64,000 bases of DNA from positions 1 to 64,000 of the IMG/VR virus record IMGVR_UViG_3300043568_000598. The stretch is one strand, 5' to 3'. The notes under the pieces were generated by a model that saw nothing but the letters and a program-made list of their open reading frames with translations, did no database searches and was not told the DNA's origin. Source of the DNA: a virus. Of the stretch, positions 19,251 through 29,315 are shown piece after piece (positions within the stretch are counted from its first letter, which is position 1; each line of letters starts with the position of its first letter). Made by a program: the position numbers and the translations under genes.

Positions 19251-20872
19251 TATTCTTTGTCTTTGTAGTGCTTAGTTTTTAAATACTGATAATGACTTGG
19301 ACACTTGTTAACAACATGCTCGTTTTTTGCTTTTTTCTGCCGCCAGTAGTTTTCTGTAGCAGTATTAAAAATTGCAGGAACAGTTCTAGCTGTGCCTATG
19401 TACAGCCCGTCGTATTTAATTTTTTCTAATGACATACGATTTACGGGCAACATATGATTGCCAACAAATATGTCAGGAAATCCTCCATCACCAGTACCCA
19501 GTTCGTGCGATCTCAGCATTTTACCAGCAATATCAGATGCTATAGTATGCAATTCAGACAACTCTTTATCTATCATGCGATAGTCTAATTCAATATTTTC
19601 AGTGACATGCTGCCAATAGGGAGTGTCTCTACGAGATGACAGTGTATAGTGACATGTGACAAAAGTTTTAAAACTTTGCATAGTGACATTGGCCATATAG
19701 TTAAACCAATCAACATGCATCCTATTGACTTGTTCGTTGTCTAAAGTTTGAAATAGCAATACTAACATTTCTTGAACACTGAACAATCCTGTGCTTTCCA
19801 AAGGTTCTATAAACGCATAGGACAATCCCACACCCACTACATTTTTTTCCCAGCATTTGTCATGTGTACCATTTTTAATTTTGACCAGTCTAAATTCTAA
19901 ATTGTCTGTACGATTGGGATCGTGATATGTCATTTTATCACTGTTCAAATAGTCTTTATATTCTTGCAGTGCATCTTCTTCACTGATAAATTTACTGCTA
20001 AACACATAGCCGCTGCCAATTCTATGATATAGAGGAATATTCCAAACCCAGCCATTGTTATAAGCTGTGCAGTTTGTGACGTTTTCCATCTCAAGTTCTT
20101 TATCGTGATATGGCACATGACAAGTCCATGCTCTGTCATTTGGCAGAAGATTGTTAAAACTTTCAAACGGCACACCCATGGTCTGTTCCAGCAACAGCGA
20201 TCTGAATCCAGTGCAGTCGATATACAAATCACCTTTGACTTTCTCGCCATTCTTCAACAGCAAGTAATCGATGTACCCATCTTCTTCCTTGACAATGCTT
20301 TCAATGTGCTGTTTAGTATGAGTAACTCCTGCAGGTATACACATCTGATCTCTTAGAAATTCACCAAACAATGCAGCATCCATGTGATACGCCACATCAT
20401 TTTTAAAACTGTAACCTTCTAACTTGTGTGAGGTGTTATCACATATTTTATTGTTGTAGATCAGAGGCATATTGCTGTACATACAATCATAGAAGTCATT
20501 CCATGGAGTATCCGGATATAGCAATTTTTTATGATACCAGTCTCTAATACCGTCTGTGGTATTTTTCTTATCTTTTAGTCCAAACGGATAGTAGAATGAT
20601 TCACCTTTTTTGTAAAAATCAGTAAATTTAATAGCCAGTTTGTGTGTGGCATTGCAGTGTGGCATCCAATCTTCGTCATTTAAATCTAAAAGATGAAGAA
20701 ATAAATTTAATGTTCCGAGCGTTGATTCGCCTACACCCACGGTAGGTACATCGGGGGATTCTACAAGTTCGAATTTAATGTTAGGAAACTTTTTTGATAG
20801 CAATGCGGCGCTCATCCACCCTGCACTACCCCCACCGACTATAACAATTTTTTTGATAGGTGTTTTCATCAT
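19250..20872 (-). CDS. Tryptophan halogenase family flavin-dependent enzyme (540 aa)
   Basis: GGGSAG FAD motif, VGVGEST, ATHKLAIKF (catalytic Lys), GWVWNIP, FIEPLESTG. Confidence 0.9.
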   Translation of the reverse strand: MMKTPIKKIVIVGGGSAGWMSAALLSKKFPNIKFELVESPDVPTVGVGESTLGTLNLFLHLLDLNDEDWMPHCNATHKLAIKFTDFYKKGESFYYPFGLKDKKNTTDGIRDWYHKKLLYPDTPWNDFYDCMYSNMPLIYNNKICDNTSHKLEGYSFKNDVAYHMDAALFGEFLRDQMCIPAGVTHTKQHIESIVKEEDGYIDYLLLKNGEKVKGDLYIDCTGFRSLLLEQTMGVPFESFNNLLPNDRAWTCHVPYHDKELEMENVTNCTAYNNGWVWNIPLYHRIGSGYVFSSKFISEEDALQEYKDYLNSDKMTYHDPNRTDNLEFRLVKIKNGTHDKCWEKNVVGVGLSYAFIEPLESTGLFSVQEMLVLLFQTLDNEQVNRMHVDWFNYMANVTMQSFKTFVTCHYTLSSRRDTPYWQHVTENIELDYRMIDKELSELHTIASDIAGKMLRSHELGTGDGGFPDIFVGNHMLPVNRMSLEKIKYDGLYIGTARTVPAIFNTATENYWRQKKAKNEHVVNKCPSHYQYLKTKHYKDKE

Positions 20873-21411
20873 CTAAAATCCGGGCCGTGTATCCAACCTA
20901 CTATTGCATGTCTCACGCCTGTAGTCACTGAAGTTACTCTGTGTGTCATAAATGATGGAAAGATAGTTATCATGCCTTGTTGTTTTATTTTTGGATCTGA
21001 GATCGCTGGCATAAATTCTAAATCGCCTCCTTCGTATTCTGTAGGATCAGTGAGTTGAATAGTGAATGATAATTTTCTCACAGTGTCACCTGGTATAGAA
21101 TCTGTATGCCACACATAGTGATCACCTCTATCGGCTGAATATCTAAAAACAAACGGAGGATCTATTCTGTTGTAACCTTCTAAATGATACCGGTATGTTT
21201 GTGAATTTTTAAGAAATATTACCTTAAAAATTTTATCTTCAAGGTCTTCTCTTAGGCCTCGATTACATATTTGAACACTTCGAAATTGTTTGTTAGTTAT
21301 AAAATTTCCAAACTTTGCAACAGTACCTTCAACCCATTTGGTTGAATCTTCTATAATCTCTTTACACTCTTGAGCAGTAAAAAGAGGTATTGTAATCGTT
21401 TGGGCCACCAT
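20869..21411 (-). CDS. 2OG-Fe(II) oxygenase (PKHD/prolyl-hydroxylase-like)
   Basis: WHTD...RKLS...YEGGDL...FPSFMTHRV...R..IVGW. Confidence 0.9.
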   Translation of the reverse strand: MVAQTITIPLFTAQECKEIIEDSTKWVEGTVAKFGNFITNKQFRSVQICNRGLREDLEDKIFKVIFLKNSQTYRYHLEGYNRIDPPFVFRYSADRGDHYVWHTDSIPGDTVRKLSFTIQLTDPTEYEGGDLEFMPAISDPKIKQQGMITIFPSFMTHRVTSVTTGVRHAIVGWIHGPDFR

Positions 21412-23033
21412 TATTCTTTGCCATTATAGATATTTTCTTTAAGATACTGATAGTGCGATGGTGCAGTTTCCGTTAGAGAGTTGATATATTCTTTCTTTTG
21501 ATCCCAGTAGTCCTGAGTTTGACTGGTATAAAACTCTGGAACTGATCCATGCCTTGATTCGATCAACATCTTAACAACTGCCATTTGTGTGGCACTCACT
21601 GGTAGCACATGCATGCCTACTAAAATATCAGGCATGCCGCCCATGCTCTGATCTGCAGGCATACTATGTGTTTGGAGTAACTTGATTGCCAAATCGCCAG
21701 CTGCGGTAGGCGGTAACTGGTTTAGTTTTCTATCAAACATTAATGAATCCATTTCTATATTTTCAGTAACATGTTGCCAGTATGGAGTATCTCTGCGAGA
21801 GCTAAACACATAGTGATATGTTACAAAGTTCTTAAAACTTTCCATAACATAGTTGGTTACATAATTGAAATTATCAACATGAATTTTATTGATCTGTTTG
21901 TTATGCAGTGTTTCGCACAGTTTTAATAGTAATTCTTGAACACTCAACAAACCAGTGCTTTCTAAAGGTTCTACAAATGCATAGGATAGACCTATACCAA
22001 CACAATTTTTAACCCATGCTCGATCATGTGCTCCGTTTTTGATTTCAATTAATCTAAATTCGCAGAGTTTGCTTCTTGCCGGATTAAGTACCGTCATAGC
22101 CTCACTATCAAGATAGTCTTTGTATTCTTGCAGTGCATCTTCTTTGCTGATAAACTTGTCACAAAAAACATAACCACTGCCGATTCTGTTATATAGTGGA
22201 ATATTCCACACCCAACCATTGTTGTGTGCTGTGCAATTAGTAACGTTTTCCATTTCAATTTCTTTAATAGTGTATGGAACGTGTGTTACCCATGCATGAT
22301 TATTAGGCAAATGACTCGAATACGATTCAAACGGAACACCCATAGCCTGCTCCAGTAGCAATGATCTAAATCCTGTGCAGTCAATGTACAAATCAGCTTC
22401 GAGAGTATCACCGTTATTTAATTTAAGACCGCTAATGTACCCGTCGCCGTCTTTAAGTACTTGTTCAATATGTGCTTGCACATGCACTACCCCTGCCGGA
22501 ATACACAGTTTATCCCTTAAAAAGTTGCCGAACAGTGTGGCATCCATATGATAAGCAGAATCATTGCGCCAGCTGAATCCAGGAAGCTGCCCGTCTTTGT
22601 TATCAAATATTTTAGTTTGATAAATCATAGGCATTGAACTGTATACACTTTCATAGAAATCGTTAACGTCTAGTTCAGGATGCATTGTTTTCTTAACATA
22701 CCAATCTGTAGCACCTTGCTGTGTATTTTGCAAGTCTTTAATTCCAAAAGGATAATAAAAAGTTTCGCCTTTCTTATAAAAATCAGTAAATTTGATAGCT
22801 AATTTGTAAGTAGCATTGCAATACTCCATCCAGTCTTCATCTTTGAGACCCAGCAATCCTAGATACTGATTAATAGTTCCGAGTGTGGATTCGCCCACCC
22901 CGATAATTGGAACGTCTGGCGATTCAACCAGCGCAATTTCCATATCTGGAAATTGTTTTGATAACATAGCTGCACTCATCCATCCCGAACTGCCACCACC
23001 GGCAATAATAATACGTTTAATTGGTTTTTTCAT
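21411..23033 (-). CDS. Tryptophan halogenase family enzyme (540 aa)
   Basis: GGGSSG, IGVGEST, ATYKLAIKF, GWVWNIP, FVEPLESTG; close paralogue of 19250-20872. Confidence 0.9.
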   Translation of the reverse strand: MKKPIKRIIIAGGGSSGWMSAAMLSKQFPDMEIALVESPDVPIIGVGESTLGTINQYLGLLGLKDEDWMEYCNATYKLAIKFTDFYKKGETFYYPFGIKDLQNTQQGATDWYVKKTMHPELDVNDFYESVYSSMPMIYQTKIFDNKDGQLPGFSWRNDSAYHMDATLFGNFLRDKLCIPAGVVHVQAHIEQVLKDGDGYISGLKLNNGDTLEADLYIDCTGFRSLLLEQAMGVPFESYSSHLPNNHAWVTHVPYTIKEIEMENVTNCTAHNNGWVWNIPLYNRIGSGYVFCDKFISKEDALQEYKDYLDSEAMTVLNPARSKLCEFRLIEIKNGAHDRAWVKNCVGIGLSYAFVEPLESTGLLSVQELLLKLCETLHNKQINKIHVDNFNYVTNYVMESFKNFVTYHYVFSSRRDTPYWQHVTENIEMDSLMFDRKLNQLPPTAAGDLAIKLLQTHSMPADQSMGGMPDILVGMHVLPVSATQMAVVKMLIESRHGSVPEFYTSQTQDYWDQKKEYINSLTETAPSHYQYLKENIYNGKE

Positions 23034-23057
23034 AAACTGTCCTAACTCCCGTTTGAA

Positions 23058-23063
23058 TATTTA
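23058..23063 (-). promoter_or_regulatory. Late promoter core TAAATA for the halogenase pair
   Basis: Reverse strand reads CTAAATA, then GGGAG/AGGA RBS, then the ATG at 23033. Confidence 0.55.
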
Positions 23064-23074
23064 GTTGAGTACTT

Positions 23075-23707
23075 TTAGATGTAACCTACATCTTGGCTAT
23101 CGCCGTTTTTCCAATAATCTCTAAGAAGGTTAAATGATATGGAAATACGAACGTCGTCTGTTTTATTTCTTTTTACAGAATGTTGTAGCCATCCAGGAAA
23201 TAATAGTAATTTACCCACAGCTGGTTTAATATCATAGTATTTTTCAGCTATGTTTCCGAATGGAAATAGTTCTTGTTGCATCCACGGTATAGCATTCATA
23301 AGGCTAAAATTACCGTCGTTGCCAGTAGTTTGGTAATAATAAGTTCCGGAAATAAATGCATCGCTGTGCTGATGCCATTCTTGACCTTGGTCTCTGCCAG
23401 TTTTGTTGATCCAACTGTGTCGGAGAGCAATCGGCACAGGGTGCCATGATTGTGTTTGATCAATGTATTTTTTAACGTGTGTTTCGATGTATTTTTTTAA
23501 ATGTGTTAATTCAAAATCTTTAATAGAGTTAGTCCGAGATTTGATATTAGTCTGTACACCGTCCTCCCAACCAGGAGGATTATTAAAAATATCAGTTTGT
23601 TCTATTATAGGCAATTTTTTTCTTATCTCATCCTGCACTAGAAAAATTTCCTGCATTGTTCCCTGATGTTCGTATATCAATGTAGGAAATAGCGATACAA
23701 TAGGCAT
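23075..23707 (-). CDS. Putative 2OG-Fe(II) oxygenase (TIGR02466-like)
   Basis: SWIN...HQH...ISGTYY...LLLFPGWLQHSV...RISISFN. Confidence 0.85.
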   Translation of the reverse strand: MPIVSLFPTLIYEHQGTMQEIFLVQDEIRKKLPIIEQTDIFNNPPGWEDGVQTNIKSRTNSIKDFELTHLKKYIETHVKKYIDQTQSWHPVPIALRHSWINKTGRDQGQEWHQHSDAFISGTYYYQTTGNDGNFSLMNAIPWMQQELFPFGNIAEKYYDIKPAVGKLLLFPGWLQHSVKRNKTDDVRISISFNLLRDYWKNGDSQDVGYI

Positions 23708-23708
23708 C

Positions 23709-24404
23709 TTACAGTCCTAAATCTTTTAAGATTTTTTTACGTTTAAAATATTGCCCATTAAGCGCAAACGGAACAATTCCGACTTGTTTGATATATTCTT
23801 CGTACGATACAGTGTGCATTGAGATTTTTATATCCGACTCGGACAACGGTATTACATGTGCTAATTCTTTACCGGCCGGAATTGTTAGGTCTTTAGGAAA
23901 CATAGTTTTAGGAACCAACAAGTTTACACTGGTAGTATGCTGATATTTGTAGTCGACTACGCCGTTGACTACAAATGGTTTAAATTCGTCATCATGCCAG
24001 AATGTATTAGTGTAAAGAAAATTAACCCCAGTTTTTTCTTTGATTTTCCAAGGACTATTAAGTTTTAAGTGATAAAATCCTTTGAGATATTCACCCCACT
24101 GGCTAGGATGATGTCCCTCAGCATCGTCTTCAGGAAACCATTTTAACGATCCGCCCTCTGTTCCAATCCAATAGTCTTCCCAACTTTGTAATATAAATCC
24201 AGTTCGATATAGTGTACTCACCCCCGGACATGTTTTCATAGTACCGCGCATAGGACCTTGATGTTTAACTGTCGTGGGTAAGTTTTTCCAAAAACTAGGT
24301 AATCTTTCTTCCGCATATAAAATAGGAAATAGTGTTTCTACTTCGGGATTGGCGGTGAAACAATCTAATACAATTTTTGATTTTTTAAAAAAGAATGAAA
24401 ACAT
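23709..24404 (-). CDS. Unknown-family protein, paralogue A (231 aa)
   Basis: LPSFWK, TMKTCPG, KLNSPW, GVVDY, G..LAHVIP; related to the next two ORFs. Confidence 0.6.
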   Translation of the reverse strand: MFSFFFKKSKIVLDCFTANPEVETLFPILYAEERLPSFWKNLPTTVKHQGPMRGTMKTCPGVSTLYRTGFILQSWEDYWIGTEGGSLKWFPEDDAEGHHPSQWGEYLKGFYHLKLNSPWKIKEKTGVNFLYTNTFWHDDEFKPFVVNGVVDYKYQHTTSVNLLVPKTMFPKDLTIPAGKELAHVIPLSESDIKISMHTVSYEEYIKQVGIVPFALNGQYFKRKKILKDLGL

Positions 24405-24409
24405 TATTA

Positions 24410-25120
24410 TTACCTATAAGTTTTTTTAGAATGAAATAGGTCGGCATATATACCAGCCCAATAAGTACTAAGCCTATATTTAAAACTAGACCTAGCCCAC
24501 TCGTCTTTATCTGAGATGTGTGTAATATTCATCTGCCAATCTTCTCGCTTGAAAGGAAAAACCACCACTAATGGGTCTCCGGGATTGATAGTAAATGATT
24601 TTTCTTTGACAAGGCCAACAAGGCCAATAGGCTCATCGTGTTTATCAGTATCAACTACTCCTGGAAAAATTGAAAATTCTTTTCTAAATCTGTAATAGGG
24701 ATCAAACAACATGCAACTATACCCCGGAGGAGTTTTAATATGCCATGGTTGATTTATTTTTAGATAATGATGCTTTTTGCCATCTTCTGCTTTGAACTGG
24801 GCTTGATGCCACGGATGTTTACCTACATGGTTGTCGGTATGTCTGCATCGATAATCAAATCCTGTAATAAAGTTTGCATCAACAAATTCTTTGATTTGAA
24901 TTTCATATGTAGCACGTATAACATATCCAGTGGTCATGTAATCCAATACTGGCACACATCGTTTAATCGTAGGGGTATGAGGTTTGGTATATGGTTCAAT
25001 TTCTGGTACTTCAATGGGAGTATCTTTATACCAGTCTGGAATTACTTTCCCAGCAGGCATAGGCGGAAACATGTCAATTGCTTCTAAATCACTGCCGGAA
25101 AATGTTATTAATTTGGTCAT
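24410..25120 (-). CDS. Unknown-family protein, paralogue B (236 aa)
   Basis: IPDWYK, TIKRCVP, PW.IKTPPGYSC, PGVVDTD, GDPL...FPFKREDW. Confidence 0.65.
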   Translation of the reverse strand: MTKLITFSGSDLEAIDMFPPMPAGKVIPDWYKDTPIEVPEIEPYTKPHTPTIKRCVPVLDYMTTGYVIRATYEIQIKEFVDANFITGFDYRCRHTDNHVGKHPWHQAQFKAEDGKKHHYLKINQPWHIKTPPGYSCMLFDPYYRFRKEFSIFPGVVDTDKHDEPIGLVGLVKEKSFTINPGDPLVVVFPFKREDWQMNITHISDKDEWARSSFKYRLSTYWAGIYADLFHSKKTYR

Positions 25121-25854
25121 TTAAATTGTTTCTCAGAATGGAATAATTTTTTATATGCATTAAACAAATAATATTTTGATTTGTTTAGTATAGTATCTGC
25201 AGTGAATTCAGATTCCCAGTTGTCTCGTTTAAATGGAATAATTTGTACTAACGGATCGCCGCAATAAAATCTAACCTCAGTATTAACTTCTGTTAAGTAT
25301 CCTACCACTGGAATCTTTTGATTAAACTTATCTGTGTCGATAATAGCAGGCATGATACTGAATTGGTTTTGAAACAAGTAGTAAGGCTGCACCACTAAAC
25401 AACTGTAACCCGGGGGAGTCTGCACTGTCCACTCGGAGTTAAATCGAAAATAGTTTGTTAAATTTTTCTTATCTGTTGATCGCATTGGGCATGTACTTTC
25501 AGCATAAATGCCGACAGCATTGTTAGGATGTAGTCCCTGCATGTCATCAGTTTTTTTAGAATCATTTATTTTGTTGCGTACTGTATTCGCGGTAACAATA
25601 TTCATTTTAGGAACAAAATTTTCAATCTTTTCACTGACTCTAACTTCGTAAGTGGCTCTTAGAATATATCCGGCTGTTATAAAATCTTCAACCGGAACAC
25701 AGGCTCGAATACTTTTTAAAGCATTTTCATCGAAGCTGTATGTGTCCTTGGCTTTAGCCATATTTGCATACCACTCTGGCAGATATTCTCTAGCCGGTAT
25801 AGGCTTCCAGTGTTCTAATGCAGTCTTATCGTCTATGTTAAATTTAATCTTCAT
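25117..25854 (-). CDS. Unknown-family protein, paralogue C (245 aa)
   Basis: LPEWY, SIRACVP, W.VQTPPGYSC, PAIIDTD, GDPLVQIIPFKRDNW. Confidence 0.65.
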   Translation of the reverse strand: MKIKFNIDDKTALEHWKPIPAREYLPEWYANMAKAKDTYSFDENALKSIRACVPVEDFITAGYILRATYEVRVSEKIENFVPKMNIVTANTVRNKINDSKKTDDMQGLHPNNAVGIYAESTCPMRSTDKKNLTNYFRFNSEWTVQTPPGYSCLVVQPYYLFQNQFSIMPAIIDTDKFNQKIPVVGYLTEVNTEVRFYCGDPLVQIIPFKRDNWESEFTADTILNKSKYYLFNAYKKLFHSEKQFK

Positions 25855-26453
25855 CTATTAGATTTGTCTTCGTCTATTTCTATTAACCATGTGGTTAATA
25901 TATATTTGTTTTTGTCCCCAATAGGAGGATTTCCCCTGTGTGTATGAGTCCAATCAGCTGGCCATATTAACAGTTTATTTTTCTTGGGAACGATCCTAGT
26001 ATTTTGATATAAAAATTCTGTTTCACCTGCATCGTCTATATCGTTCATGTAAAGCTGTATCACAATTCTTCTTTTAGAATCCTCTCCAAGTGCTTCATAA
26101 TGCCACTGATGAAAGCCACCACCTGGAACAATTTTTTTCATCTTGATCTGTTCTACTTTATAAGATCTATCTTGTAGTATGCTAAACTTGTCAGTGTAAA
26201 TAGGCATTATTTTTTGCCATAATACTTCAAGAAAATGATTTACATATTGTGGATGTAGTGTACTAATTACTTTTGGATCCAGCATATAAAGCTGTTCATC
26301 ATCCTTCCAGTGTTTAGGAACGGTATCCTGTTGGTGCAATGATAAGTCGGCTATTTTATCGTAGTAGTTGATAACATCTTGAAAGTATGAGTTTTGAAAG
26401 TAGTTTTCAAATACGCCAATAAATCCTTGAAATTCATATTTTTCAAAATTCAT
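25851..26453 (-). CDS. 2OG-Fe(II) oxygenase
   Basis: GGFHQWHYE...LYMND...GETEF...IWPA.WTHTHRGNPP...KYILTTW. Confidence 0.85.
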   Translation of the reverse strand: MNFEKYEFQGFIGVFENYFQNSYFQDVINYYDKIADLSLHQQDTVPKHWKDDEQLYMLDPKVISTLHPQYVNHFLEVLWQKIMPIYTDKFSILQDRSYKVEQIKMKKIVPGGGFHQWHYEALGEDSKRRIVIQLYMNDIDDAGETEFLYQNTRIVPKKNKLLIWPADWTHTHRGNPPIGDKNKYILTTWLIEIDEDKSNR

Positions 26454-27115
26454 TCTATTTCTAACCTATAATTACCAGCCAACGAAATCCTAACATCGTC
26501 AGTGCTGTAAAACGGATATACTTGATGTTGCAACTCTGCAGGGAATATACAAATCTTTCCTTCAAGTTTTTTATCAACTGGAATAGGATAGTTATCAATT
26601 TTTCCAAGAGCATCAACGTACACAAACTCAAAATTAGCAGTGCGATTTTTAATCAAATCAGGATTGGCAATGTTATCTTTTTCGTCAGCTATCGTGTATG
26701 GAATAGTAGTCCATATAACAAAACTATAAATTCCGCTATGATTGTGTAACGGCAAGAACTCACCGCGCCGTTGAAGATTTACCCATATGCGTTCAAGAGA
26801 TAATTTAATTTCTTTGTTTTCAGCGTTTGCTACAGAATTAAATAATCTGTCAAAATATTGATATTTGTTCTCGTAGACACCTAATAATTTTAGTACTTCT
26901 TTATCTATCAAAGAAATTAGCTCGTCTGATAATTTATAATTTATTGAATAGCCTTGTTGTTTTTTGTGATAAAGTCTTAATAAATCTTTAGACTCATCTA
27001 GCTCTGTTGAAAAATCCGTAAGGAACTTATTTGTTTCTTGTTTTATTCGTTGGAATATAAACGGATTGAATGTATCCAAATATATACCAACGTTGGGTAG
27101 GCTATAAAAACTCAT
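26450..27115 (-). CDS. Putative 2OG-Fe(II) oxygenase
   Basis: WVN.Q...EFLPLHNHSG.YSFVIW...FPA.LQHQVYPF...RISLAGN. Confidence 0.8.
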   Translation of the reverse strand: MSFYSLPNVGIYLDTFNPFIFQRIKQETNKFLTDFSTELDESKDLLRLYHKKQQGYSINYKLSDELISLIDKEVLKLLGVYENKYQYFDRLFNSVANAENKEIKLSLERIWVNLQRRGEFLPLHNHSGIYSFVIWTTIPYTIADEKDNIANPDLIKNRTANFEFVYVDALGKIDNYPIPVDKKLEGKICIFPAELQHQVYPFYSTDDVRISLAGNYRLEIE

Positions 27116-27152
27116 ACTAATAATTATCTAAAATTAATAGCAGCGTTTGCAA

Positions 27153-28682
27153 TTATGATTGCTTACTGGTTCGACGAATAAAGTTGATAAAATCGGAATA
27201 AGTCATGTTCTCTTGTACACCACTATCTATGATTTTTTGATACTCGTTAATAACACCGCTGACATCTGCTAATCCTATAATAGGAACGGTATTTCCAGAA
27301 AATACTTTGGCCGAAGTCTCTGGTGTGATATGTCCTAGTCCGGCTAACACAAAGCTCCAGAGTCCCATGTCGGGGGCCGCAAATGATATATCAAGATCTC
27401 GATTTGCAGGCATTTGTGTTTTACACATGGTTAGTAAATTATCAACGAATTCAGTTTTGGTTTTTCCTGAACTAACATACTTCCAAAACTCACTGTCAGT
27501 TCTGCCTCCCATGTAATGAGCGATTAGAAATTCTTTAGTAGCATCATACAATTTAGCAGTACGTCGATTATAGCTGTTTCTGCTGCCCGGATTCAGCGTG
27601 TCTTCTAACTTAGGTTTTAAAAATTCAAAAACAAATGTCATCAGTTGAGCGATAGTAGTGTGTATGCTGGTAGCTTCTAACGGCTCTGCAAATGCAGCAG
27701 CGAGCCCGATTGCCAGACAATTTTTCTCCCAGACATTTTCTAGTCGTCCGGTGTCAAATTTTAGTACACGTATTGGATCAATGGGTCTGCCTAACGTGGT
27801 TTCTATTTCTGCTTGAGCTTGATCTGCAGTGATAAAATTATCATCAAACACATAACCGCAGCCCTTGCGGTGCTGACTCGGTATCTGCCACATCCATCCA
27901 GATGATTGAGCCCATGCAGTAGTGTACAACTCTGGAATTTCATTATCTTCAAACGGCAATAAAAACGGCATTGCAGAGTTGACTGGTAAATTTTCTTTAT
28001 AGCTGATCCACTTAGCATTTAATTTTTTCATCAATACTTGTTTAAATCCGCTGGCATCAATAAAAAAGTCTCCATCGATCAGTTTTCCAGACTTTAGCAA
28101 TACAGATGTTATATTTCCATTCGCAGAATCTAAATTTACATCTAACACTTCATCGTCAACTACAGAAACTCCTGGAGTTTTCAAAGTGACTTTTTTAAAG
28201 TATTTGCCAACCGCATGTGCATCGAAGTGCAATGCGGTTCCTATGCTGTCAAAGGAAAATGTTTTTTTATTAAAATTAGAAATTTTACGTTCTATTTTTT
28301 GACCTATGATTGAACTTCGGTGAACATTTGCTGGATCTGTGCTATGGTAGTAGGCGAAAATATAATCAACTATGTTATCTGATGCAGGGTTGCCACCGAT
28401 CGGGCCCATATAACTTTCACCTACTGTTTTCCAATCTTTGTGATGAATTCCGTATTTTAATGTGGCTCCAGTTTCTTGGAAAAATTCCAGCAGATTGCAA
28501 CCAAAGTCCCATGATTCATTTTTTAAAATAGATGTGAGCAGTCCAGTTGATCCTTCACCAGCACCCACAATACCAATAGCTGACGACTCAACTACAGTAA
28601 GAGTGTGTCCTAGGTTAGCTTTGCTGATCATTAAAGCAGCTATCCATCCTGCGGTACCGCCGCCTACTATAACAATATTCAT
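27153..28682 (-). CDS. Tryptophan halogenase family enzyme, divergent copy (509 aa)
   Basis: GGGTAG, GAGEGST, ATLKYGI, GWMWQIP, FAEPLEATS. Confidence 0.88.
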   Translation of the reverse strand: MNIVIVGGGTAGWIAALMISKANLGHTLTVVESSAIGIVGAGEGSTGLLTSILKNESWDFGCNLLEFFQETGATLKYGIHHKDWKTVGESYMGPIGGNPASDNIVDYIFAYYHSTDPANVHRSSIIGQKIERKISNFNKKTFSFDSIGTALHFDAHAVGKYFKKVTLKTPGVSVVDDEVLDVNLDSANGNITSVLLKSGKLIDGDFFIDASGFKQVLMKKLNAKWISYKENLPVNSAMPFLLPFEDNEIPELYTTAWAQSSGWMWQIPSQHRKGCGYVFDDNFITADQAQAEIETTLGRPIDPIRVLKFDTGRLENVWEKNCLAIGLAAAFAEPLEATSIHTTIAQLMTFVFEFLKPKLEDTLNPGSRNSYNRRTAKLYDATKEFLIAHYMGGRTDSEFWKYVSSGKTKTEFVDNLLTMCKTQMPANRDLDISFAAPDMGLWSFVLAGLGHITPETSAKVFSGNTVPIIGLADVSGVINEYQKIIDSGVQENMTYSDFINFIRRTSKQS

Positions 28683-29314
28683 TAATATCCTTCTTTATTA
28701 TCATATGTTAACATTACGTTCATAGCAACAACAACTCGTAAGTTACCAGTTGTGTGTGCAGGCGTATGGTGATCAAGCCACGATGGAAAAAGTAACAAAT
28801 CGCCTTCCTCTACCAGCATCTGTTTTTTGTCCGGCCAATACATTTCAGGCAATTCATTTTTATTTTTTGTTGGAATAACACTTTTTATCATTCTGGCATT
28901 GGGATTCAAAAATACAGTTCCAGAATTTTCGTTGTCTAGTGTTACGTAGTGTACAGCAGACCACTGTATGGTCCTTGGCCCCCCAGTGTGATCATGCGGA
29001 AATTGGGAAGTAGAATTAGTCATCATTCCGTACCAGCAGGTTACTTTAAAAGTCCACCCTTTAGAAAAATCAATACCGGTAAATTCTAAAAATTCTCGAA
29101 TGTCATCTTCGTAAAATTTTGATACTATCATCCATGGTATTTTGTGAGCGCCCGGAACATAATCAGTGTAGGCATTAGTCACGGTGTCATTGACTCCATT
29201 CCTAACATATTGCGGATACACATTGTCCATGAGATATTTTTTAATCTTATCGTGATTGCGCACTTTCATCTTGACCAAGTTAACTGGAAATAACGGAACA
29301 GGAGTTATCGACAT
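28682..29314 (-). CDS. Putative 2OG-Fe(II) oxygenase (TIGR02466-like)
   Basis: PHDH...WSAVHY...EGDLLLFPSWLDH...R...MN. Confidence 0.8.
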   Translation of the reverse strand: MSITPVPLFPVNLVKMKVRNHDKIKKYLMDNVYPQYVRNGVNDTVTNAYTDYVPGAHKIPWMIVSKFYEDDIREFLEFTGIDFSKGWTFKVTCWYGMMTNSTSQFPHDHTGGPRTIQWSAVHYVTLDNENSGTVFLNPNARMIKSVIPTKNKNELPEMYWPDKKQMLVEEGDLLLFPSWLDHHTPAHTTGNLRVVVAMNVMLTYDNKEGY

Positions 29315-29315
29315 G

